This document shows positions 1 through 8,190 of a DNA stretch of 32,000 bases, piece by piece (position 1 is the first letter of the stretch; each line of letters begins with the position of its first letter). This stretch comes from Candidatus Methylomirabilis oxygeniifera. GTDB lineage: Bacteria; Methylomirabilota; Methylomirabilia; Methylomirabilales; Methylomirabilaceae. The stretch is from positions 1,860,001-1,892,000 of the forward strand of contig FP565575.1 in NCBI GenBank assembly GCA_000091165.1. The letters are read 5' to 3'. Below the pieces are notes generated by a model, which did not search any database, was not told where the DNA came from, and saw nothing but the letters and a program-made list of their open reading frames with translations. The position numbers and the translations under genes are program-made.

Positions 1-118
1 ACGGCTCCACAATCGGCACCGGCAGCCCCGGTCCAGTCACGCGCCGTCTTCAGCAGTGCTACCGGACAGCCGTTCAAGGGGAGCCGGCGCAAGGCAGGCG
101 AAGCGTGAAGGACAAGGC

Positions 119-1066
119 GTGAAAACGGATTTACGCGTCACCGTTGCGGGCATTCGTATGCAGAACCCTGTGATGACCGCCTCCGGGACCTTCGGCTATG
201 CTCAGGAGTTCGAACCGTTCCTGGACCTCTCTCGTCTGGGCGCCATCGTCGTCAAGACCATCACGCGTGCGCCGCGGGCTGGGAATCCGCCGCCTCGCGT
301 CGTCGAGACCCCAGCCGGGATGCTCAACGCCATCGGTCTGCAGAATGTCGGCGTGCAGGCGTTCGTCGAGGAGAAACTCCCCTACCTCAGAACGTTGGGT
401 CCGCCTGTCATTGTGAATATCGCCGGCGAGTCGATCGAGGATTACGTTGAGCTGGCAAAGAGGCTCAGCGATCACGAAGGCATTAGCGGGTTCGAGCTAA
501 ACATCTCCTGTCCCAACGTGGCCGACGGCCTGATCTTCGGCTGCAATGCGGCGTTGGCTCATCAATTGGTCGCTAAAGTTCGACAGGCCACGCCCCTCCC
601 CCTTATTCCCAAACTGTCCCCGAACGTCACCGATGCGGTGGAGATTGCGCGGGCGCTGGCGGATGCCGGGGCCGACGCGCTTTCCCTCATTAACACGCTG
701 ATCGGTATGGCCATCGACGTGCGAACCCGGCGACCGAAGCTCGGCAACGTCACCGGCGGGCTCTCCGGTCCGGCCATCCGGCCTGTTGCGGTCCGAATGG
801 TATGGGAGGTGGCGCGCGCAGTGAAGCTCCCGCTCATCGGGATGGGCGGGATCATGACGGCCGACGACGCACTGGAGTTCCTGATCGCCGGCGCCACGGC
901 CGTCGCGGTCGGGACGGCGAACTTTACCTCGCCGAGCAGTACGGAACGAGTCATTGATGGGATCGAAGCGTATCTAATCGACCACAAGGTCAAACGTGTG
1001 ACCGATCTCATCGGCTCCCTGGATCTGACCGGCACCGCCCGCGAGGTCACTGAATGGTCACGTTGA
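119..1066 (+). CDS. pyrD: dihydroorotate dehydrogenase, class 1 (1B-type catalytic subunit)
   Basis: The translation carries class 1 DHODH landmarks: NPVMTASGTFGY, GLQNVG, the active-site NISCPNV, and GGLSGPAIRP. I prefer the GTG at 119 (AAGGA 7 nt upstream, N-terminus aligning with typical PyrD starts) over the GTG at 56 in the ORF track. The 3' end overlaps nth by 13 nt. Confidence 0.9.
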   Translation: MKTDLRVTVAGIRMQNPVMTASGTFGYAQEFEPFLDLSRLGAIVVKTITRAPRAGNPPPRVVETPAGMLNAIGLQNVGVQAFVEEKLPYLRTLGPPVIVNIAGESIEDYVELAKRLSDHEGISGFELNISCPNVADGLIFGCNAALAHQLVAKVRQATPLPLIPKLSPNVTDAVEIARALADAGADALSLINTLIGMAIDVRTRRPKLGNVTGGLSGPAIRPVAVRMVWEVARAVKLPLIGMGGIMTADDALEFLIAGATAVAVGTANFTSPSSTERVIDGIEAYLIDHKVKRVTDLIGSLDLTGTAREVTEWSR

Positions 1067-1728
1067 GACCGGCAAAAGGCGATATTCGTACTGCCACCCC
1101 TGCCACCGCGAAAAAGATCCTCACCATTCTTGAGGAGACCTACCCCGATGCGCATGTGACGCTGGACTTCGAGAACCCGTTCCAATTGCTGATCGCCACG
1201 ATCCTGGCGGCCCAGTGTACCGACGAGCGGGTGAATCAGGTCACGAAGGGGCTGTTCGAACGGTATCCGACACCGAAGGCGTTTGCTGAGGCCGATCCGG
1301 TCGAGTTGGAGGAGGCGATCCGATCGACGGGATTTTACCGCAACAAGGCCAGGAGCATCATCGGCTGCTGCAAGAAACTGGTCGAGGAGTTCGGCGGTCA
1401 GGTGCCGCAGACCATGGAGGAGCTCATCACGCTGTCAGGCGTCTGGCGCAAAACCGCCAACATCGTCCTGGGCAATGCCCTGGGCATCACTGCCGGGATC
1501 GCGGTGGACACTCATGTCATACGGGTAGCCAACCGTCTGGGCCTGGCACAAAGCGACAAGCCGGATGAGATCGAGCAACAGCTCTGCCGGATCATCCCTA
1601 AGGAAAAGTGGATCCCCTTGACTCACCTGCTCGTCTTCCACGGTCGGCGCATCTGCATGGCCAGGAAACCAGATTGCCCCCGCTGCCCCGTCCGCCACCT
1701 CTGCCCCTGGCCCGACAAAACTCTCTAA
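1054..1728 (+). CDS. nth: endonuclease III (HhH-GPD base-excision glycosylase with 4Fe-4S cluster)
   Basis: HhH region LSGVWRKTANIVLG, catalytic DTHV, and the C-terminal Cys ladder CMARKPDCPRCPVRHLC (C-x6-C-x2-C-x5-C). ATG start. Confidence 0.92.
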   Translation: MVTLRPAKGDIRTATPATAKKILTILEETYPDAHVTLDFENPFQLLIATILAAQCTDERVNQVTKGLFERYPTPKAFAEADPVELEEAIRSTGFYRNKARSIIGCCKKLVEEFGGQVPQTMEELITLSGVWRKTANIVLGNALGITAGIAVDTHVIRVANRLGLAQSDKPDEIEQQLCRIIPKEKWIPLTHLLVFHGRRICMARKPDCPRCPVRHLCPWPDKTL

Positions 1729-1826
1729 CCTCACGCAATAGCTCGGTTCGTTAGGTTAAGGTATATGCGCTATGATACTGGCAAGCAACATCAGATAGGA
1801 TAAAAGAAGATCGAGGGACTAACTCA

Positions 1827-2348
1827 ATGGTCGGCGAAATCGAAGCGATCCTGGATGCGCTGAATCGGGCCCGCGTGCGCTATCTGGTCGTGGGGGGTGT
1901 GGCAGTAGTACTGCACGGATACCTCCGGACCACGGCTGATCTCGACCTGGTCATCCAACTCGACCGGGACAATCTGCTAAGAGCGATTCGCGCCCTGCAG
2001 GGTCATCAATACCGTCCCAGGGCCCCCGTGTCTGCTGAGGATTTTGCCGAGCCCGTGATCCGCGAGCAGTGGATTCGGGACAAGGGGCTGGCGGTTTTTT
2101 CACTCTGGAGCCCGGCCCATCCTACCCTGGAGATCGACCTGTTCGTTGCTGAACCGTTTGACTTTGACACGGTCTACGCCCGCGCGCTGCGCGTCCCATT
2201 GGAGAAGGCGGACGCTACCATCATTGCCCTCGAAGACCTGATCGCCCTCAAGAAGGGCGTGGGTCGGCCCAGGGATCTGGAAGACATTGTCGCCCTGGAG
2301 TCGCTCGCAGAGCACGTGAAGGAAAGCCGGGAACCTCCCGATGGATAA
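1827..2348 (+). CDS. minimal nucleotidyltransferase-fold protein (MNT/AbiEii-like)
   Basis: The N-terminus VRYLVVGGVAVVLHGYLRTTADLDLVI fits the hG[GS]-x(9-13)-DhDh pol-beta nucleotidyltransferase signature. ATG start preceded by GAGGGA. Confidence 0.7.
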   Translation: MVGEIEAILDALNRARVRYLVVGGVAVVLHGYLRTTADLDLVIQLDRDNLLRAIRALQGHQYRPRAPVSAEDFAEPVIREQWIRDKGLAVFSLWSPAHPTLEIDLFVAEPFDFDTVYARALRVPLEKADATIIALEDLIALKKGVGRPRDLEDIVALESLAEHVKESREPPDG

Positions 2349-2538
2349 ACAACAGATCAAGGCCTCAAAGACGCCAGCGGTTCCGGACTGGGACTTCAAG
2401 GGACACCGTCGTCGACAGGCCAGGCTGGGCCTGCAGCTCAGTCCTGCCCAACGGTTGCGGTGGCTTGAGGACTCGATGGAGGCACTCAGAAAGCTCGTAG
2501 GCCGCGCCCGTCAGGGAAGACCTTTGGCCCCAGATTAG
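2341..2538 (+). CDS. small hypothetical protein translationally coupled to the nucleotidyltransferase
   Basis: Its start overlaps the upstream stop by 8 nt (ATGGATAA). It is a basic 65-aa product. Its SPAQRLRWLE segment weakly resembles the TPAERIGLVW segment at the N-terminus of the second nucleotidyltransferase locus at 16200. Confidence 0.4.
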   Translation: MDKQQIKASKTPAVPDWDFKGHRRRQARLGLQLSPAQRLRWLEDSMEALRKLVGRARQGRPLAPD

Positions 2539-3169
2539 CAGTCCGTTGTCTCGCCGCGAGAATTCCTCGATCTGCTCCGCTGAGACTGCCTTGTAGAATT
2601 CAGCATCCGGCGCGACGGTAATAGGAGTGTTCCGGCTGGCCGCCCCCTCCACCAGTGACGATCGCACCCAGCCTTGTAAGCTCGTCATCATTTGCAGCCC
2701 GTGAAGCGTGGGTACATTGTGACCGTGTCGCTACTGGCGACCAAAGGATGCGCGGCAATCAGATACGCAGTGTCGTTGCAAACCGCAGGCGACACAATCC
2801 CTTCTGAAATTCTTCCCCTTCGCTTTATTCCGCGTCGTCATGACTATTCGAGTCTGATTATTTTATTTCATTCACTACAATAAGTTTCTATCTCTTATCC
2901 TATGTTTTGCTTTCTTCTTGACATCTTTTGTGTGAGGAGGATAGTAACAGTATAGTGTGTTCGTGGTATCTTTCTCTAGTAAGAGGATGGTCATGTCGAC
3001 CGATGGATATTCGCCATTGAAGTCGACTACTGTTGGGCAAAAGGAATGTGTGCGGCCCTTCATGGCAGCCTGCGACGAGTGTAGTCGAGGTAGGTGAGCC
3101 CTGAAGGGTCGTGGTGTTTCCAGGGGCGGGTGGGCAAACGTCTATCGGGGAGTCCATCAGGAGGAAGTC

Positions 3170-4207
3170 ATGGGAACGACAAAGCAGCCCGCGAGGTCGG
3201 CGGCGATCTTTATTCTTCTGATAACGTTGGCGGGGTGCGCCGGCACCGATGGCGCCTCTTCTCGGTCAGCCACACCGATAATCACGCCAGGTCCCGCTCT
3301 CGGCACACCAGGCGCAGGACTCGAGCATGGACTCCCCGGTCCTACGGGTCCCAAGAAGCGGATCACGGTCGCCAAATTCGATGCAGCCGGTGCCTTCATG
3401 GCCCACTATGGCGGCTGGGATATTGGTGGCGGCCTCGCGGCTCAACTGACCACCGCTCTGGTGAATTCTGGTCACTTCATCGTCGTCGAGCGGGCCGAAC
3501 TGACCCCCGTACTGCGTGAGCAGGATATGGCCATGCAGAAGATCGTCTCCCAAGAGACCGCCGCCCAGGTGGGCCGGGTGCTTGGCGCCCAGCTTCTCGT
3601 TGCAGGATCGGTGACCGAGTTCGATCAGGGGGCCGGCGGCGGGAGCTTGCATCTGGGGGTTGGGGCGGCTTCAGGGCTGCTGGGCGGTCTCATTGGAGCC
3701 CAAACTACCAGGGGTGTGGTCGGGATGGATGTGCGTGTCATCGATACTACCACGGGCCAAGTGGTGCAGTCGCACCGGGTCGAGGCGAACACATCGCAAA
3801 GCGGGATCTCGGCGGACATCAACGTGCAGCAGGTAACCTTCGGCGGCGATGCGTTCAACAAGACCGTGCTCGGACAGGCGACGCGGCGGGCCATCGAGCA
3901 GGCCGTGATGTTCGTCATCCAATCGACGGAACAGACGCCGTGGACCGGTCGTATTGTTGACGTGGCAGGCGACCAGGTGTACATCAACGCGGGTGCCGGT
4001 GCGGGCGTGAAGCCGGGCGACCGCTTCACCGTTGCGGCAGTCGTGCGGGAGCTCAGAGATCCCGAGTCAGGCGCTCTCTTGGGAATCGTGGAAAACAGGC
4101 GAGGCGAGATCGAAGTGGTCAGCGTCCAGGAAAAGTTCAGCGTGGCCAAGAGGCGTACGCCCTTTCAGGCTGCCCGGGGGGACCTTGTGAAGCTCCCTGG
4201 GCGCTGA
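3170..4207 (+). CDS. CsgG/HfaB-family outer-membrane lipoprotein with a C-terminal beta-rich extension
   Basis: AGGAGG SD; lipobox LAG|C with Cys at residue 23. Block-by-block resemblance to E. coli CsgG: KRITVAKFD, LTTALVNSGHFIVVERAELTPVLREQ, AQLLVAGSVTEFD, and VGMDVRVIDTTTGQVV. An extra ~90 aa C-terminal domain (GRIVDVAGDQVYINAGAGAGVKPGDRF) follows. Confidence 0.85.
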   Translation: MGTTKQPARSAAIFILLITLAGCAGTDGASSRSATPIITPGPALGTPGAGLEHGLPGPTGPKKRITVAKFDAAGAFMAHYGGWDIGGGLAAQLTTALVNSGHFIVVERAELTPVLREQDMAMQKIVSQETAAQVGRVLGAQLLVAGSVTEFDQGAGGGSLHLGVGAASGLLGGLIGAQTTRGVVGMDVRVIDTTTGQVVQSHRVEANTSQSGISADINVQQVTFGGDAFNKTVLGQATRRAIEQAVMFVIQSTEQTPWTGRIVDVAGDQVYINAGAGAGVKPGDRFTVAAVVRELRDPESGALLGIVENRRGEIEVVSVQEKFSVAKRRTPFQAARGDLVKLPGR

Positions 4208-4248
4208 GTATTAAGAGTTTCGATGCTCCATAGAAAGGAGGTGATACC

Positions 4249-4596
4249 ATGAAGCGATGGCCGACTTTCACTCCGACGCTTACGATCCTGGTGGCCTTCA
4301 CGGAGTTGAGCGCTGCTCAGGAGAGGAAGGCCTGGGAGAAGCCAGTGGAGAAGCCGACACAAGGCAAGCTTCCTTTTGTCGGGAAGCAGCAGCTGATGAC
4401 CGGCAAGGTGACACAGGCAAATCCAACGACCAACACCTTTACCGTCATGGCTAAGGGCCAAATGGTCACCTTCAACGGTGCAAACCTGAACGCTCTCCCC
4501 AGGGTTGGGGAGATTATAGAGATCACCTACACCCAGACCTCCGGCGGGCCCATGCAAGCGACGACCATCAATAGCACGAAAAGCAACACTTTCTAA
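4249..4596 (+). CDS. small secreted T/N/Q/G-rich beta protein (unknown function)
   Basis: The 11-nt SD AAGGAGGTGAT (4235-4245) is fully complementary to the canonical 16S 3' tail. Sec signal with predicted cleavage SAA|QE after residue 23. Lies 41 nt downstream of the csgG-like gene. Confidence 0.75.
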   Translation: MKRWPTFTPTLTILVAFTELSAAQERKAWEKPVEKPTQGKLPFVGKQQLMTGKVTQANPTTNTFTVMAKGQMVTFNGANLNALPRVGEIIEITYTQTSGGPMQATTINSTKSNTF

Positions 4597-4623
4597 CCCC
4601 TCAACAAACAAGGAGGTGTCACC

Positions 4624-5553
4624 ATGAAGAAATTGCTCACGCTGGCTTTGGCTCTTGTAACCCTGGCGGTTTTCCCCAGTCTCGGCGTAGCGCAGGAGGA
4701 GAGGAGGATAGGTATGCCGCCGGTAGACGCCAAAAAGGATATCGCCGAAGTAAGTGCGGCTTCTCCAACATTCAAGGCTATACATGACCCTCTCGAGGGG
4801 AAACTTAAAGCCATAGAAGGCGTTCTCAGCGGTGTAGAACGCAGGAAAATAGTTGTAGAAGCGGATGTAGAACTGGGTAAACAGATGTACGAGTATGCGG
4901 AAGCTATGAAGGCTGCCTTTGATCAGGCAATGAAGGACGCAGAAGAGGCAGCAAAATCTCAGGGGAAGAAGGGAAGTGTAGGGTCGTTAAGGGTTTTCGA
5001 AGACACAGCGAAGGCTCACGAGAAGAGAGTGAAGGGCATAGAGACACAGACAAAGAGCATCGAAAGCGCGCTTAAGAAGGGGACTATCAAGTTAGATAAA
5101 CCAGTACTACTGAAGATGGAACCGGCAGAAAGGGAAGAGTTTAGGAAGTTTTTGGAACCTCCGGTAAGCAAAGAGTTGGAAAAAACGCATCCTGATATAT
5201 TCCACCATCCGAGAAGAGGAACTTCTCTTGATCTTAGCGGAGTGACTCAGGTGGCCGAGAACATTCAGGGATTTTGCAGCTCTCTGCCTGAGGAGGTGAG
5301 CAACTTCTTGGTGACCCCTGCTGAGGCATCGATTGCGATTCCCTGTATTGCTCCGTGTGCTAACGCTTTCTCGAACAAGAAGAACCCGAATTGGGCAGCA
5401 TGTTGGAGCTGCATAGCTTCTCAAGGACAGCAGGCAATAGTAGCATGGAATTCCTTTGTATCCGGTTGGAATGCATGCGGACAGTGTAAGAAAGTAGTGA
5501 CCTGGCCGTGTAAGGCTTTGCGCTTAGCAATATTCATTGCAAAACTTGCATAG
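4624..5553 (+). CDS. secreted bipartite protein: K/E-rich helical region plus C-terminal 8-Cys/5-Trp domain (unknown function)
   Basis: SD AAGGAGGTG (4609-4617). Signal peptide MKKLLTLALALVTLAVFPSLGVA|QE. Residues 24-217 contain no Cys and are charged and heptad-like. Residues 218-296 hold all 8 Cys, including CIAPC, CWSC and CGQC. GC in sampled lines is about 43-48%. Confidence 0.75.
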   Translation: MKKLLTLALALVTLAVFPSLGVAQEERRIGMPPVDAKKDIAEVSAASPTFKAIHDPLEGKLKAIEGVLSGVERRKIVVEADVELGKQMYEYAEAMKAAFDQAMKDAEEAAKSQGKKGSVGSLRVFEDTAKAHEKRVKGIETQTKSIESALKKGTIKLDKPVLLKMEPAEREEFRKFLEPPVSKELEKTHPDIFHHPRRGTSLDLSGVTQVAENIQGFCSSLPEEVSNFLVTPAEASIAIPCIAPCANAFSNKKNPNWAACWSCIASQGQQAIVAWNSFVSGWNACGQCKKVVTWPCKALRLAIFIAKLA

Positions 5554-5764
5554 CGGGTTGATCTTAATTTAACCTGAATCCGGCGTAATCCGGAATCTAT
5601 TATGTTGAATCATGAGTGTCCAATAAAATTTTTGGTGGTATAGAGGAAGTCGTTGAAACAACGTCATTATCTGAACGAATCGCTTCGGAACAATTTGAGT
5701 TTTGGAATGGGTCATAATCCCGGAATTAACCGGGAGGAGGCCCATAAGCTGCGCGTTTCGGTCC

Positions 5765-5821
5765 ATCGTGAACGCTCGGATCGCTGGATCGTGAACACCG
5801 GGATCGGTGATCATGAACACC
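5765..5821 (+). repeat. three degenerate direct repeats (core ATC[G/A]TGAAC) at ~22-23 bp spacing upstream of the istA remnant
   Basis: ATCGTGAAC at 5765-5773 and 5788-5796, and ATCATGAAC at 5810-5818. Units 1 and 2 align over ~22 nt (ATCGTGAACgCtcGGATCGcT versus ATCGTGAACaCcgGGATCGgT). Confidence 0.55.
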
Positions 5822-5927
5822 TAGACAATCCCCCGGAATTCGACGACCCTCGTCCCCACGAGTAGGCGCCGAACCGCGAGGCGACGCTGGATGGTCCAGC
5901 GCGCCACCCGCTTCAGGAAGGAGTGGG

Positions 5928-6450
5928 ATGGCGACCGAACGACTATCCATGTAACAAATCCGTGAGATTCTTCGCCAGAAGTGGACCCTGGGCTGGAGCC
6001 ACCGGCAGGTCACGACCAGTCTCGCCGTCAGTCTTGGGACGGTGACCGCTGTCCTCCGCCGGGCCACCCTTGCCGGGCTGAACTGGGCGCAGGTCCAGAC
6101 CCTGACCGATGACACCGTGGAGGCGCGGCTCTACGGCGCGCCGACCACCCCCGGAGCGACCCGCCCGCTCCCCGATTACGCCTACACCCATACCGAACGG
6201 CGCAAGCCCGGGGTCACGTTGGAGCTGCTCCACCTCGAATACCTCGAGCAGCATCCCACCGGCTACCGCTACACGCAGTTTTGCGAGCTGTACCGCCGGT
6301 GGCTGGCCGCCATCGCCTGACCATGCGCCAGAACCATCGCGCCGGGGAGAAGGTGTTCGTTGATTACGCCGGGCAGCACCCCACCCTCGTCGATCCCACC
6401 ACCGGGGCGGTGACCGAGGTCGAGCTCTTCGTCTGGGCTCTCGGGGCCAG
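5928..6450 (+). mobile_element. istA: IS21-family transposase (istA) remnant, pseudogene
   Basis: The reading MATERLSM*QIREILRQKWTLGWSHRQV...GTVTAVLRRATLAGLNW...YRYTQFCELYRRW resembles the IstA N-terminal HTH region. It has an in-frame TAA at 5952-5954, a stop at 6318-6320, and a frame change into RAGEKVFVDYAGQHPTLVDPTTGAVTEVELFVWALGA. The match is lost after about 6445 and no istB follows. Confidence 0.75.
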
Positions 6451-6830
6451 ATCCGCGACGTCCTCCGTCAGTACCTTGCATCCCACCGCTGGCAGCGACT
6501 GCGCCAATGGGGCGCCGAGACGGCGGAGCGCCTCTGGCTCAAGACCGAGGCGGATCTCCAGCGCCTGCTCGACGAGGTGCGGGCTGGTATGACATCGGAC
6601 TATATACTAAGGAAATGGCTGCTAACCTGGAACGGGCCGAACAATCCCTTGGCGCCGCTCAATTTCTCCCATCTCGATAGCCTTGCTGTTGTCTCTTCCG
6701 GTCATGATCATCCAGCGTCCGCTTTCCCGCTGAGGAAACACGCGGCTTTCATTCCATAAATAGGCTTGTATTTCTATCAATAAGCATCATAATGTCACTG
6801 TAATATAATATCAGTAACAATGGAGAGTGA

Positions 6831-8114
6831 ATGGAACTGCATAGCTTCAACCCATGGTGGCAGGACGGCAAGGTCCCCACAGAATTTATCGGAGAACGAA
6901 GAAAGATCTTCGATGAAGTGCTTCAATATCTGGATCAACGCCAGATCCTTCTTTTTACGGGCCTTCGAAGGGTCGGCAAGACGACGCTCATACACCAGAT
7001 CATCGACGCACTCCTCAGAAAGGGTGTCCACCCCTATCACATCTTCTACTTCTCCTTCGATGAGGCCAGATTCGGCCTTGAAGAGCTGATCGAACAATAT
7101 GAAGTCGAGGTCTTGAAAAAAGATCTTTCCGAAGAAAAGGTGTTCCTGTTCCTCGATGAAATTCAGAAGATGAGGGATTGGCCGTCAAAGGTGAAAATTC
7201 TTTACGATCTCAATCCGACATTGAAAATAGTCCTGACCGGTTCGGCCCAGATCGCTATGTGGAAGGGAACAAGGGAAAGTCTGGCGGGCAGATATTTCGA
7301 CTTCATGATTCAGCCCTTGAATTTTGAGGAGTACCTTGGCTTCAGAAAGGTTGAGATTGATACAAGCAGGGAGAAGATTTTTGAAAAGGACTTGAAGCGC
7401 TACATGGCGGGATTCCTACGAACAGGAGGGTTTATTGAGGCGCTCGATATGGATGAGCGTATGCTTTACAAATATATCAAGGAGAGCCTGCTCGAACGAG
7501 TGGTGTTTGTGGACATCCCCCAGACCTTTCCGCTCGATATGCCGGCGCTCCTGCTCAGACTCTTGACGATCACCACTTCAAGGCCCGGCTTTTATCTGGA
7601 TTATCGAAACCTCAGCAACGATCTGAAGATCGATCAGAGGACGATTGCCAATTATATATCGTATCTGGAATACGCGCTGTTTTTACAGAAACTCTACAAC
7701 TACTCCCGAAACCTGCTCACCAGCGAGAAAAAGGTGAAAAAACTCTACCCCTCCAACACCGCGTTCACCTTGGCGCTGAATCCTCAGGCAGCATTGCCCG
7801 TTATTCTGGAGCAGTTTTTTGTCAATGCGCTTGGCGCGAGATTCTTTTTGAAAACGCCTCAGAAGGAAGAGATTGATATTATCCATACCCGTAATGCTCA
7901 TCTCCTTCCGATTGAGATCAAGATAAAAGAACAGATAAGCAAAGAGGATACGAAGACCCTTTTTAAATTCATGGAAAGACAGCAACTTCACAGGGCATTA
8001 CTCATTACCCTTAACACAGACACGACCATCCAAAAAGAGCAATATGTCGTTGAGGCAATTCCCTATTGGAGGTATTGGAGCATCATGCGGCGAGTATCGG
8101 CTTTCGATCAGTAG
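6831..8114 (+). CDS. COG1373-type AAA+ ATPase with C-terminal DUF4143 (PD-(D/E)xK-like) domain
   Basis: NPWW near the N-terminus, Walker A GLRRVGKTT, Walker B FLFLDEIQ, and C-terminal EIDIIH...LLPIEIKIKE typical of this family. GC about 43% in a sampled line. Confidence 0.9.
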   Translation: MELHSFNPWWQDGKVPTEFIGERRKIFDEVLQYLDQRQILLFTGLRRVGKTTLIHQIIDALLRKGVHPYHIFYFSFDEARFGLEELIEQYEVEVLKKDLSEEKVFLFLDEIQKMRDWPSKVKILYDLNPTLKIVLTGSAQIAMWKGTRESLAGRYFDFMIQPLNFEEYLGFRKVEIDTSREKIFEKDLKRYMAGFLRTGGFIEALDMDERMLYKYIKESLLERVVFVDIPQTFPLDMPALLLRLLTITTSRPGFYLDYRNLSNDLKIDQRTIANYISYLEYALFLQKLYNYSRNLLTSEKKVKKLYPSNTAFTLALNPQAALPVILEQFFVNALGARFFLKTPQKEEIDIIHTRNAHLLPIEIKIKEQISKEDTKTLFKFMERQQLHRALLITLNTDTTIQKEQYVVEAIPYWRYWSIMRRVSAFDQ

Positions 8115-8190
8115 CAGCACGAGACCGGTGGCCACGAGCGCGCGGGCTGTTGCCCCATCGGTAGGCCGCGAGGACCAGCGAGCAAACTGA

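Noticed and set aside
1-122. A possible 3' end of an upstream pyrK-like gene. One frame ends in TGA at 120-122 and overlaps the GTG at 119 as GTGA.
   Set aside because: None of the three frames shows the PyrK C-terminal Fe-S or DGPVF motifs, and the fragment is too short to call.
2365-2691. A 108-aa minus-strand ORF, plus a possible PIN/VapC-like C-terminal remnant upstream of it (about 2700-2830, minus strand, reading NDTAYLIAAHPLVASSDTV).
   Set aside because: The 3' half of the ORF is antisense to the better-supported coupled ORF at 2341-2538. The upstream fragment has no start codon and only a vague motif resemblance. I treat the region as degenerate sequence rather than as genes.
6610-6760. 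A minus-strand fragment reading WNESRVFPQRESGRWMIMTGRDNSKAIEMGEIERRQGIVRPVPG.
   Set aside because: It has no start codon and I recognise no family. It could be a gene relic next to the IS remnant, but I cannot support that.
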